NCBI GenBank assembly: GCA_043815185.1
Contig: JBDRJF010000002.1
Location: 9,828 to 73,827, forward strand
DNA from: Candidatus Omnitrophota bacterium
GTDB taxonomy: Bacteria > Omnitrophota > Gorgyraeia > Duberdicusellales > 4484-171
Direction: 5' to 3'
DNA length: 64,000 nucleotides
The notes beneath the pieces were generated by a model. It worked only from the letters and a program-made list of their open reading frames with translations. It did no database searches and was not told where the DNA came from. Made by a program: the position numbers and the translations under genes. Below are positions 27,227 to 35,501 of the stretch, piece by piece (within the stretch, counting starts at the first letter, position 1; every line of letters starts with the position of its first letter).

Positions 27227-28126
27227 TTATTTTCCTATGATTTTTTCTATTTTGCAGGCGAGCTCTAAGGCATCTTTTGCGGCTTCAGCATACCCTGTAC
27301 TAGATTTATTTTTGGTGACTAAGTTTACAAAATCAGCAATTTCTTTCTTCAAGGGTTCTTCTTTGCTTATCGGAAGGAGTTTTTTGATAATTTTAGTCTT
27401 TAATTTTCGATATATTTCTACTGTTTGCTGAGCATAATCCAAGGAGATATAAACCCGGGGCATAAATACTCTTATTTTTCGTTCTCTTTTCTGGGATATC
27501 CGGGAAGAAGTTATATTTGCCACACATCCGCCTTGGAATGTAATACGGACATTAGCTATATCTTCGGTTGCCGAGAGGACCTTTACTCCCTTAGCTTCGA
27601 TTTTTTTAACCTTGTCTTTCAGGAGGTAGAGAATTATATCCAAATCATGAATCATTAAATCAAGGACGACACTTATGTCTAAGGAGCGGTGGGGATAGGG
27701 GCTTAAGCGGTGGCATTCGATAAAAAGGGGATTTTTAATGATTTTTTTTATTGCCAGATAGGCATTATTATATCTCTCGACATGACCGACAAAGAGCAGG
27801 GTTTTGTTCTTTTTGGCTATTGCAATTAGTTTTTCTGCTTCTTCTAGGTTCTGGGTCAGGGGTTTTTCGACCAGAACCGGAATTTTATTGATCAGAAAGA
27901 ATTTAGCGATTTCAAAGTGGGTGGAAGTCGGGGTAGCAATGCTTACCAGGTCTACTTTATCTTTCAGGCTGCGGTAGTCTTTAAAATGCTGACATTCTTG
28001 ATGGGGAGTGAGCATCTGGACCTGGGTATCGGCAAGATAAATTCTGTCTATCTCCCTGAGCTCTTTGTAGATACGCAAATGAATACTGCCTAGTTTTCCT
28101 ATGCCAATTATTCCTGCCCTTAGCAT
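27227..28126 (-). CDS. Gfo/Idh/MocA-family NAD(P)-dependent oxidoreductase, coupled to lpxB
   Basis: Rossmann start MLRAGIIGIGKLG. Its stop is 1 nt from the lpxB start. The start is chosen at 28126 because a TTGACT-17-TAATAT promoter (28162-28134, minus strand) ends 7 nt upstream. The ORF track extends to 28162. Confidence 0.7.
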   Translation of the reverse strand: MLRAGIIGIGKLGSIHLRIYKELREIDRIYLADTQVQMLTPHQECQHFKDYRSLKDKVDLVSIATPTSTHFEIAKFFLINKIPVLVEKPLTQNLEEAEKLIAIAKKNKTLLFVGHVERYNNAYLAIKKIIKNPLFIECHRLSPYPHRSLDISVVLDLMIHDLDIILYLLKDKVKKIEAKGVKVLSATEDIANVRITFQGGCVANITSSRISQKRERKIRVFMPRVYISLDYAQQTVEIYRKLKTKIIKKLLPISKEEPLKKEIADFVNLVTKNKSSTGYAEAAKDALELACKIEKIIGK

Positions 28127-28148
28127 AACTAGCATATTATCAAATTCC

Positions 28149-28177
28149 TTGTGAAAAGTCAATTGATGTGGTAAAAT
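28149..28177 (+). promoter_or_regulatory. Candidate msbA promoter: TTGTGA, 17 bp, TGgTAAAAT
   Basis: TTGTGA at 28149-28154, TG at 28169-28170 and TAAAAT at 28172-28177. Confidence 0.45.
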
Positions 28178-28194
28178 CCCTCAAACTTTAGGTT

Positions 28195-30012
28195 GTGAAG
28201 CATTATCTAAAAGAATACTTTAAGTTGCTCAGATTTGCTAAATCCTACCGGGGGATTTTAAGTTTAGCTGCCCTCTGTATGGGTATTTCTACCATTTTTG
28301 AAGGGGCTAGCTTAGGGATGATAGTCCCGCTATCCGACCGGGTACTTACCAATAAACCGATAGTCATTCCGGGAAAATTACCGTCAGTACTTTCCGCGAT
28401 TGTTGAAAAATTCAATTCCATTGAGCCTTTAGCCTTCCTTAAGTTCATAATTATCTTTATACCGCTCCTTTTCCTGTTTAAGGGTCTGTTTATATTCTTA
28501 CAGGATTATTTGATGAATATTGTTGGTCAAGGCGTGGTAAGGGATGTGAGGAATAGTCTTTACAAGAAGTTTCAGGATTTATCTATGGAGTTCTATGGCC
28601 GTAAGCGCACCGGGGAACTAATGGCCAGGGTTACCAATGATGTGGCAGTTATTACTAATGCAATCTCTTATGCCCTTAAAGACTTTATCTTTGAATCAAT
28701 GAAGGCGGGCTTTTTTGCCTTTTGCGCTTTTTATATCGGTTTTAAAATTTCCTGGCAGTTACCGCTTATTGCTTTTGTTATCTGCCCTTGCATAATGTTT
28801 CCGGTGATAAAGATTGGCCGAAAAATTAAGTGGTTCGCTTTAGAGGTACAGAAGAGGATGGCTGACTTGAATTCCCTTATGGCTGAGACTATTCAAGGTG
28901 CTCAGATTGTAAAGTCTTTTTGTCGCGAAGATTACGAAATAGAGCGGTTTAAAAATATTAACCACCAATACTATAAATTTACCTTAAAGAGCGCTAAAAG
29001 AATGCTTATCTTATCGCCATTTACCGAGTTTGTGGGTGTCTTAGGTGCGGTGTTAATTCTTTGGATTGTCGGCAATGAAGTGATTTCGGGACGGCTTTCT
29101 TTTGGTATTATCGGAGCTTTTTTAGCCTTTTTAATGTCGATGATTCGGCCGTTTAAGAAATTATCTAATGTTCATGTCATTAATCAACAAGCCTTGGCTG
29201 CATCAGCAAGAATTTACGATATTTTTGAAGAGAAGCCGCAGGTGAGAGAGAAAAAAAAGGCCAGAGAGATAAAGAGTTTAGATCAGGGGATTAATTTTAA
29301 AGGAGTAGAATTTAGCTATGGCTGTGGCGATGATTTTATCTTAGGTGACATTAATTTAGCGGTGAAGAAGGGAGAAACAATTGCTTTAGTTGGCCATTCC
29401 GGGGCCGGAAAATCAACTCTGATAAGTTTGCTTCCACGTTTCTATGACCCTCAAAAAGGTTCGATTTACATTGATGGAATAGATATCAAGGATTTTAGAT
29501 TAAAAGATTTACGTTCCCTTATATCAGCAGTCTCTCAGGATATTGTGCTGTTTAACTCTACGCTAAGCGAGAATATTGCTTACGGCAAAGCTGGGGCTAG
29601 CCGGGCCGAAATTATCGAGGCAGCCAAAAAAGCCCATGCTTACGAGTTTATCACTGATACCCCTCAAAAATTTGATACAATCGTAGGAGACAGGGGTTTT
29701 CGGCTTTCCGGAGGGCAAAAACAGAGGATTGCGATAGCCCGGGCACTTTTGAAGAATGCTCCTATTTTGATTTTAGACGAGGCAACCAGCCATCTTGATT
29801 CGGTATCGGAGCAGTTAATTAAGGAGGCCCTTTATACCCTTATGGAGGGAAAAACCTCTTTTGTTATTGCCCACCGTCTTTCTACTGTCCAGAAAGCAGA
29901 TCGGGTAGTGGTTTTAGAAAAGGGTAAAATTATTGAAACAGGAACCCATAGTACTCTTCTTAAGCAAGATACCCTATATAAGAAGCTCTACGACTTACAA
30001 TTTAAGATGTAA
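28195..30012 (+). CDS. msbA: ABC transporter permease/ATPase, MsbA-like lipid A exporter
   Basis: Six-TM domain followed by an NBD with Walker A GHSGAGKST, signature LSGGQKQR and Walker B ILILDEATS. It is divergent from the lpxB operon. Confidence 0.8.
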   Translation: MKHYLKEYFKLLRFAKSYRGILSLAALCMGISTIFEGASLGMIVPLSDRVLTNKPIVIPGKLPSVLSAIVEKFNSIEPLAFLKFIIIFIPLLFLFKGLFIFLQDYLMNIVGQGVVRDVRNSLYKKFQDLSMEFYGRKRTGELMARVTNDVAVITNAISYALKDFIFESMKAGFFAFCAFYIGFKISWQLPLIAFVICPCIMFPVIKIGRKIKWFALEVQKRMADLNSLMAETIQGAQIVKSFCREDYEIERFKNINHQYYKFTLKSAKRMLILSPFTEFVGVLGAVLILWIVGNEVISGRLSFGIIGAFLAFLMSMIRPFKKLSNVHVINQQALAASARIYDIFEEKPQVREKKKAREIKSLDQGINFKGVEFSYGCGDDFILGDINLAVKKGETIALVGHSGAGKSTLISLLPRFYDPQKGSIYIDGIDIKDFRLKDLRSLISAVSQDIVLFNSTLSENIAYGKAGASRAEIIEAAKKAHAYEFITDTPQKFDTIVGDRGFRLSGGQKQRIAIARALLKNAPILILDEATSHLDSVSEQLIKEALYTLMEGKTSFVIAHRLSTVQKADRVVVLEKGKIIETGTHSTLLKQDTLYKKLYDLQFKM

Positions 30013-30086
30013 ACCTGGTTAGAAGTAAGGTGCTAAAGTCGAAAGGTCAGTTGTTAGGTGGGACTTCTAATGGGGTAAAGAAGCGG

Positions 30087-30114
30087 TTGAAAATATTAAG
30101 AAATATGATATACT
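30087..30114 (+). promoter_or_regulatory. Candidate rpsB promoter: TTGAAA, 16 bp, TGaTATACT
   Basis: TTGAAA at 30087-30092 and TATACT at 30109-30114, preceded by TGa. This implies a leader of about 140 nt. Confidence 0.4.
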
Positions 30115-30257
30115 TTGTGATTAGATAAGAAGTTAGCCAGATTGTAAAGAAACCCGGCAGGAGTCTTCCTGTTTAAGTTATTTTCTGTTTTTTAACCTAA
30201 TTTTGGCGAGCTAAATTAAGGGTCTGTCGGTTGACAGGCAGGAGGGAGAAAAAAACT

Positions 30258-31100
30258 ATGGCGTTACCTGAGATTATTAAGGAATTATTAGAAAATGGGG
30301 TCCACTTCGGACACTTAAGTAAGCACTGGAATCCTAAAATGGGAAAGTTCATTTTTGGCAAAAAGAAGAATGTTTATATTATTGATTTAGAAAAAACAGC
30401 CCAGAAGTTACAGGAGGCCAAGGATTTTGTAAAACAAAAAGCAAAGGATGGGGAGACAATACTCTTTGTAGCTACCAAAAAGCAGTTACGGGGCGTAATA
30501 AAAGAATTAGTTTTTTCCTGTGGGATGCCTTATGTATCTGAAAGATGGGTTGGTGGATTGCTCACCAACTTTTCTACGGTAAGGAGAAGGGTGGATAAAT
30601 ATTTAGACCTCCTAAAGCAAAGGGAGACCGGTGGGTTTGACATAATGGTAAAAAAGGAAGTTGTGAAGTTAAATCGGGATATCGAAAGGATGGAGCGAAG
30701 CTATAGCGGAGTTACTTCTTTAAAAGACCTTCCTAATTGTGTTTTTGTTGTTGATCCCAAAAAGGAAATTGCTTGTGTAAGAGAAGTAAATAAGTTGGGT
30801 ATACCGATTATCGCCTTGATCGATACTGATGCTAATCCGGACGTGATTGATTATCCTATACCGGGAAACGATGATTCTGTAAAGTCAGTAAAATATATAA
30901 CTTCTTGTCTGGTCGAGGCTATTAACCAGGGTCTTAAGAAGACTAAAAGTAGTGAGAAGGCCAATATTGACGAGAGTAAGACTGTAATTGAAGAGAAAGC
31001 ACCTGAGGTTTCTCCTTCCGACCCTAAAGTTAAAGGTGATCAGTCGGAGGAGAAAGACAGTTTAGTTAAAAAACGTCAAAAGAAAACAAGCACTAAGTAA
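30258..31100 (+). CDS. rpsB: 30S ribosomal protein S2
   Basis: MALPEIIKELLENGVHFGHLSKHWNPKM is a typical S2 start. GGAGGGA SD at 30241-30247. The ORF-track start at 30231 is rejected. A charged C-terminal extension is present. Confidence 0.95.
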   Translation: MALPEIIKELLENGVHFGHLSKHWNPKMGKFIFGKKKNVYIIDLEKTAQKLQEAKDFVKQKAKDGETILFVATKKQLRGVIKELVFSCGMPYVSERWVGGLLTNFSTVRRRVDKYLDLLKQRETGGFDIMVKKEVVKLNRDIERMERSYSGVTSLKDLPNCVFVVDPKKEIACVREVNKLGIPIIALIDTDANPDVIDYPIPGNDDSVKSVKYITSCLVEAINQGLKKTKSSEKANIDESKTVIEEKAPEVSPSDPKVKGDQSEEKDSLVKKRQKKTSTK

Positions 31101-31165
31101 GTTTAGGCTAAAAACCTACTTGGTGTCTGTCTGCCGGTAGGCAAGGCAGGGAGGGAGGATAAGGA

Positions 31166-31702
31166 ATGGGTTTGTCTGATATTAAAAAGTTAAGGGAATT
31201 AACTTCTTTGGGAATTAATGATTGCAAAAATGCTTTAAGTAAATCTAAAGGCAATTTTGAAGAGGCGCTAAAAATTTTGAAGAAAAAGGGAGTTCAAATG
31301 CTGGAGAAGAAGCGCTCTCGTTCAACTGATCAAGGGTTAATAGATTCTTATGTTCATTTTGGCGGTAACCTTGCTGCTTTGGTTGAGGTCAATTGTGAGA
31401 CCGACTTTGTCGCTCGTACTGAGGTATTTAAGAAATTTGTTAAAGATATCGCTATGCAGGTTGCAGCAGCTAACCCCGAACATATAACAAAAGAAGATGT
31501 TTCTAAAGAAGCTTTGAAGGGCGTAAAAAATAAAGATGAATACTTCAAACAATATTGTCTCCTAGAGCAGTCCTTTATAAAGGATGGTAAGCTTTCGGTA
31601 GGTGATTATTTACGGGATACAATATCTCAAACCGGAGAAAATATTGTAATTAAAAGATTCGTGCGTTTTTCCTTAGGGGAGGACCAGCCAGGTGAAGGCT
31701 AA
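31166..31702 (+). CDS. tsf: Elongation factor Ts (short form, 178 aa)
   Basis: UBA-like N-terminus ([19 protein letters not shown]) and the rpsB-tsf-pyrH-frr synteny. Confidence 0.85.
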   Translation: MGLSDIKKLRELTSLGINDCKNALSKSKGNFEEALKILKKKGVQMLEKKRSRSTDQGLIDSYVHFGGNLAALVEVNCETDFVARTEVFKKFVKDIAMQVAAANPEHITKEDVSKEALKGVKNKDEYFKQYCLLEQSFIKDGKLSVGDYLRDTISQTGENIVIKRFVRFSLGEDQPGEG

Positions 31703-32405
31703 ATACAAGCGAATTCTTTTTAAATTAAGCGGCGAAGCTTTTTTGGGTAAATATTCGCATGGAATCGATACCTCCGTCTGTGTTCATTTGGCTAAGCAGA
31801 TTAAAGGAGTACGGAATTTAGGTGTTGAGATAGCTTTGGTGGTAGGGGCAGGGAATATATTCCGAGGTGTTCCGAAATCTAAAGAGTTCCAGATGCAAAG
31901 AGCTGTTGCTGATTATATGGGGATGTTGGCCACAGTTTTGAATGGACTTGCTTTCCAGAATGCTTTAGAAAATCAAGGTATACCTACCAGAGTCATGACT
32001 GCAATTCAAATGCATAGAATAGCTGAACCTTATATACGTCGTAGAGCTGTAAGGCACCTTGAGAAGAAAAGAGTGGTTATATTCGTTGCCGGAACCGGTA
32101 ACCCTTATTTTACTACCGATACTGCTTCTGCCTTACGTAGTGTAGAGATTGGCGTTGATATCTTGCTTAAAGGAACCAAGGTAAATGGAGTATACTCTGC
32201 TGATCCTTTCGAAGATAAAAATGCCACAATGTTTAAGAAACTAACTTATATGGAAGTAATTAACAAAGGATTGAAGATAATGGACACAACAGCAATTACT
32301 CTCTGTATGGAGAATAAATTGCCGATAACTGTCTTTAATTTTATGGAGCCAGGTAATTTAAAGAAGGTAGTTTGCGGTCAGAATATTGGAACTTTTATTA
32401 AATGA
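31692..32405 (+). CDS. pyrH: UMP kinase
   Basis: [13 protein letters not shown]... and [10 protein letters not shown] motifs, plus synteny. Confidence 0.9.
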   Translation: MKAKYKRILFKLSGEAFLGKYSHGIDTSVCVHLAKQIKGVRNLGVEIALVVGAGNIFRGVPKSKEFQMQRAVADYMGMLATVLNGLAFQNALENQGIPTRVMTAIQMHRIAEPYIRRRAVRHLEKKRVVIFVAGTGNPYFTTDTASALRSVEIGVDILLKGTKVNGVYSADPFEDKNATMFKKLTYMEVINKGLKIMDTTAITLCMENKLPITVFNFMEPGNLKKVVCGQNIGTFIK

Positions 32406-32439
32406 AGACATAATTTATCTGCTGATTAAATGGAGGAAT

Positions 32440-33000
32440 ATGATTATAAAAGAAGTCTTAAGAGAAATAGAAGATAACATGAAAAAAGCCATAGAGGCGA
32501 TAAAAAGAGAGTTAGCTGAGCTTCGTTCTGGCCGAGCCAATCCTAAAATGGTAGAGGGCATAAGAGTTAATTACTATGGAACTCCTACTTTACTTAAAGA
32601 GCTTGCTACTATTGGTGTTCCTGAGGCCCGAATGATTGTAATTAGCCCTTATGATCCTTCATCGGCAAAAGAAATAGAGAAGGCGATTCTTCAGTCAGAG
32701 TTAGGAATTACTCCCGTAACTGACAAGAAGATTATAAGGTTAATAGTTCCGCCATTGTCCGAAGAGAGAAGACAGGAATTAATAAAAATCGTCAAAAAGA
32801 CAGTTGAAGAGGGTAAAGTATCGATCAGAACTGTAAGGCGCGATGGTAAAGAAAAAATAAAGCACCTGAATAAAGATAAGAAGATTTCCGAAGATGATTG
32901 TTTTAATGCTGAAGCAGAAGTGCAGAGGATAACCGATAAGTACATTAAAGAGGTCGATCAAGTTTTAGAAGAAAAAGAGAAAGAACTTAAAGAGTTCTAG
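32440..33000 (+). CDS. frr: Ribosome recycling factor
   Basis: MKKAIEAIKRELAELRSGRANPKMVEGIRVNYYG is a typical RRF sequence. GGAGG SD at 32433-32437. The ORF-track start at 32386 is rejected. Confidence 0.9.
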   Translation: MIIKEVLREIEDNMKKAIEAIKRELAELRSGRANPKMVEGIRVNYYGTPTLLKELATIGVPEARMIVISPYDPSSAKEIEKAILQSELGITPVTDKKIIRLIVPPLSEERRQELIKIVKKTVEEGKVSIRTVRRDGKEKIKHLNKDKKISEDDCFNAEAEVQRITDKYIKEVDQVLEEKEKELKEF

Positions 33001-33035
33001 TGTGTTTTTTTGATAAATACGCGCAAAGATCTGAT

Positions 33036-33111
33036 GGGCCGCTAGCTCAGTTGGTAGAGCACCGCCCTTTTAAGGCGGGTGTTCCGAGTTCGACCCTCGG
33101 GCGGCTCACCA
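33036..33111 (+). tRNA. tRNA-Lys (anticodon UUU), CCA encoded
   Basis: Manual cloverleaf. Acceptor stem: GGGCCGC/GCGGCTC. D arm: GCTC/GAGC. Anticodon stem: CCGCC/GGCGG. Anticodon loop: CTTTTAA. T arm: CCGAG-TTCGACC-CTCGG. Length 76 nt. Confidence 0.9.
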
Positions 33112-33114
33112 TTC

Positions 33115-33196
33115 GCGGACGTGGCGGAACTGGCAGACGCGCTAGACTTAGGATCTAGTCTCGTAAGAGGTGGGAGTTCAACTCTCCCCGTCCGCA
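33115..33196 (+). tRNA. tRNA-Leu (anticodon UAG), long variable arm
   Basis: Acceptor stem: GCGGACG/CGTCCGC. Anticodon stem: CTAGA/TCTAG. Anticodon loop: CTTAGGA. Variable arm: 13 nt. T arm: GGGAG-TTCAACT-CTCCC. Confidence 0.9.
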
Positions 33197-33243
33197 GAGT
33201 AAATTTGGTACAGAGAATTTAGGTTTTTAAGAGGTAAAAACCC

Positions 33244-33317
33244 GCGGGGGTAGCTCAATTGGTTAGAGCGTCACGTTGCCAACGTGAAGGTTGAGGGTTC
33301 GATTCCCTTCCTCCGCT
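33244..33317 (+). tRNA. tRNA-Gly (anticodon GCC)
   Basis: Acceptor stem: GCGGGGG/CCTCCGC. Anticodon stem: TCACG/CGTGA. Anticodon loop: TTGCCAA. T arm: GAGGG-TTCGATT-CCCTT. Length 74 nt. Confidence 0.9.
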
Positions 33318-33384
33318 TATAAAAATAGTGATATTTTCAGGGTTTATTGACAAAGCATTAACTGGTAACTTAAGACAGAGGTAT

Positions 33385-33439
33385 GCGGGGAACGACTAAG
33401 ATGGCTTCACTTCGTGAAGAGTCGTTGCCCTTCCTCCGT
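33385..33439 (+). other. Degenerate, internally deleted tRNA-Gly-like stem-loop (tRNA remnant or tRNA-like leader element)
   Basis: It shares the 5' GCGGGG and an exact 11-nt 3' block CCCTTCCTCCG with the tRNA-Gly 68 nt upstream. About 18 of 23 positions match at the 3' end. New compensated stems are AACGACT/AGTCGTT and CTTCAC/GTGAAG. Confidence 0.4.
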
Positions 33440-33465
33440 TCCATAAACATTGCAAGGTAAAATTT

Positions 33466-33936
33466 ATGAATATTTTAGACTATTTAGATAAAAATTGCAT
33501 TTTTTTTGAGCTAAAGCAAAAAAATAAGAAAAGTACCATTTCGGCTATTCTCGACCATCTGACAGCTAAGAAAAAAATAGACAAGAAAGACAAGAAAGAG
33601 ATTTCCAAGGCTATTTTTCAGAGAGAGGAGATGGGCTCTACTGCCATTGGAAACCACATAGCTTTCCCCCACACTAGAACCAACTCTGTTAAGGATATCG
33701 TAATCTGCATTGGTATATCTAAAGAAGGGATTGATTTTGATTCCTTAGATCAAGAACCGGTTAATGTCGTCGCCCTGCTGCTTTCTAACCAAAAGGAGGC
33801 AGGTTTGCATCTTAAGATGTTGGCATTTTTGGCAAAGATGCTGCGCGACAAATATCTGGTTCAAAGATTAAAGAATGCTAAGGATGGAGAAGAAGTTATT
33901 GCTTTGTTGGACAAACAACAACAAGCAATAAGATAA
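33466..33936 (+). CDS. ptsN: PTS EIIA-Ntr-type regulatory protein (PtsN-like)
   Basis: EIIA (fructose/mannitol/Ntr family) fold with the phosphorylatable His in GNHIAFPHTR. 156 aa. Confidence 0.8.
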   Translation: MNILDYLDKNCIFFELKQKNKKSTISAILDHLTAKKKIDKKDKKEISKAIFQREEMGSTAIGNHIAFPHTRTNSVKDIVICIGISKEGIDFDSLDQEPVNVVALLLSNQKEAGLHLKMLAFLAKMLRDKYLVQRLKNAKDGEEVIALLDKQQQAIR

Positions 33937-33987
33937 CTTCTTTTATAGATGATTCCGGCTCTAATTGGATATTAACAATATCAAGGT

Positions 33988-35256
33988 ATGAAGAAATTTA
34001 TAAAGATTATAAAATGGTTTTATCCGGGCCTGAGGATAAAACGATGGGTTGTTTTATTGTCCTTGAGTTTTTTCTTTTTGGTTTTTTCGTCAATAAGACT
34101 TGCCCGCGATACCCATTTAATTTTAAAGATATTTGACTCACTTTTATTTGGGTTTTCCTTTGTTGGTTTTGTAGCCGGAATGCGGTCGCTTATAAAGAGT
34201 TTTTTTGAAGCTATTTATCCCGGAAAAAATAAGGAACTTATTGATATAATTTATGAAAAAAGATTTTTATCAAAAGGGCCAAAGATTGTTGCGATTGGAG
34301 GCGGGACAGGCCTCTCGACTGTCTTAGAAGGCTTAAAGGAACATACCGCAAACATAACTGCTATAGTGACTGTTGCTGATGAAGGCGGTTCTTCCGGACG
34401 CCTGCGGGAAGAATTCGGGATTTTACCCCCGGGAGACATAAGGAATTGTCTGGTTTCTTTAGCCGAAGCTCCTCAGTTAATGCGGGATTTATTTCAATAT
34501 CGTTTCAAAGAGGGTAATGGGATTAAGGGGCATAGTTTTGGGAATATTTTCATTACCGCCATGACCCAGGTAACTGGGAGCTTTAGAGATGCCATAAAGG
34601 AATCAAGTATTGTTTTAGCTATTCGAGGCAGAGTTTTGCCTTCAAGTTTAGATAAAATACGCCTTAAAGCCGAATATAGTGATGGGACAATAGAAGAAGG
34701 TGAAGATAAGATTCCTCATGGCGTGAAGTCAATAAAGAGAATATATTTAGTCCCTCAGAATGCTAAGTCCAATCCCGAGGCGATTGAAGCAATAAGAAAG
34801 GCGGAGATGATAATTCTGGGGCCGGGAAGCTTATTTACTAGTATTATCCCTAATCTTTTGATAGAACAAGTTAGAGAAGAGATTATCAAGCGCGATGTTA
34901 TGAAATTATATCTTTGTAATGTGATGACGCAGCACGGCGAAACTGATGGTCTTACGGCGTTTGATCACCTGGAAGCCATAATTTCTCATACTCGGAAAAA
35001 CATCGTTAATTGTTGTCTAGTAAATTCCGGTCGTCTTAAATATGGTTTACTTATTAAGTATGGCCAGGAAAAATCTTTCCCGGTGATTTTTGACCGGGAA
35101 CGGTTTAAAAAAGCAGCAGTATCGATTTTCGAAGGAAATGTGGTGAGCAAGAGCAATTACTTGCACCATGATTCGCAGAATACAGCAAGGGAGATTATTA
35201 ATATTTATACCTATACCAGGAAGAGATGGAAAGGATTGAAGAGCAAATTATTGTAA
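33988..35256 (+). CDS. YvcK/CofD-family (gluconeogenesis factor, UPF0052) protein with an N-terminal membrane extension
   Basis: KIVAIGGGTGLSTVL... and ILGPGSLFTSIIPNLL are typical of YvcK. The first ~95 aa add two hydrophobic helices that are absent from B. subtilis YvcK. Confidence 0.8.
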   Translation: MKKFIKIIKWFYPGLRIKRWVVLLSLSFFFLVFSSIRLARDTHLILKIFDSLLFGFSFVGFVAGMRSLIKSFFEAIYPGKNKELIDIIYEKRFLSKGPKIVAIGGGTGLSTVLEGLKEHTANITAIVTVADEGGSSGRLREEFGILPPGDIRNCLVSLAEAPQLMRDLFQYRFKEGNGIKGHSFGNIFITAMTQVTGSFRDAIKESSIVLAIRGRVLPSSLDKIRLKAEYSDGTIEEGEDKIPHGVKSIKRIYLVPQNAKSNPEAIEAIRKAEMIILGPGSLFTSIIPNLLIEQVREEIIKRDVMKLYLCNVMTQHGETDGLTAFDHLEAIISHTRKNIVNCCLVNSGRLKYGLLIKYGQEKSFPVIFDRERFKKAAVSIFEGNVVSKSNYLHHDSQNTAREIINIYTYTRKRWKGLKSKLL

Positions 35257-35501
35257 AGAAGACCCATGGTTTGCATGCCAGACCAGCTACCATCTTTGTG
35301 CAACTGGCTAATAAGTTTGATTCCTCAGTGAAGGTCGAAAAAGATGGTGAGATTGTTGACGGCAAGTCGATAATGGCCATATTAAGTTTAGGAATAAATA
35401 CCGATGTGAAGATTAGATTAATTACTGAAGGGCATGATGCTCAAGAAGCAATGGCTGATTTAAGAAATTTTTTAATAAAAGACGAGGATGACGATGATTA
35501 A
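35226..35501 (+). CDS. ptsH: Phosphocarrier protein HPr/NPr
   Basis: GLHARPA active-site His and a GKSIMAILSLG regulatory Ser region. Acidic tail KDEDDDD. Confidence 0.85.
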   Translation: MERIEEQIIVKKTHGLHARPATIFVQLANKFDSSVKVEKDGEIVDGKSIMAILSLGINTDVKIRLITEGHDAQEAMADLRNFLIKDEDDDD

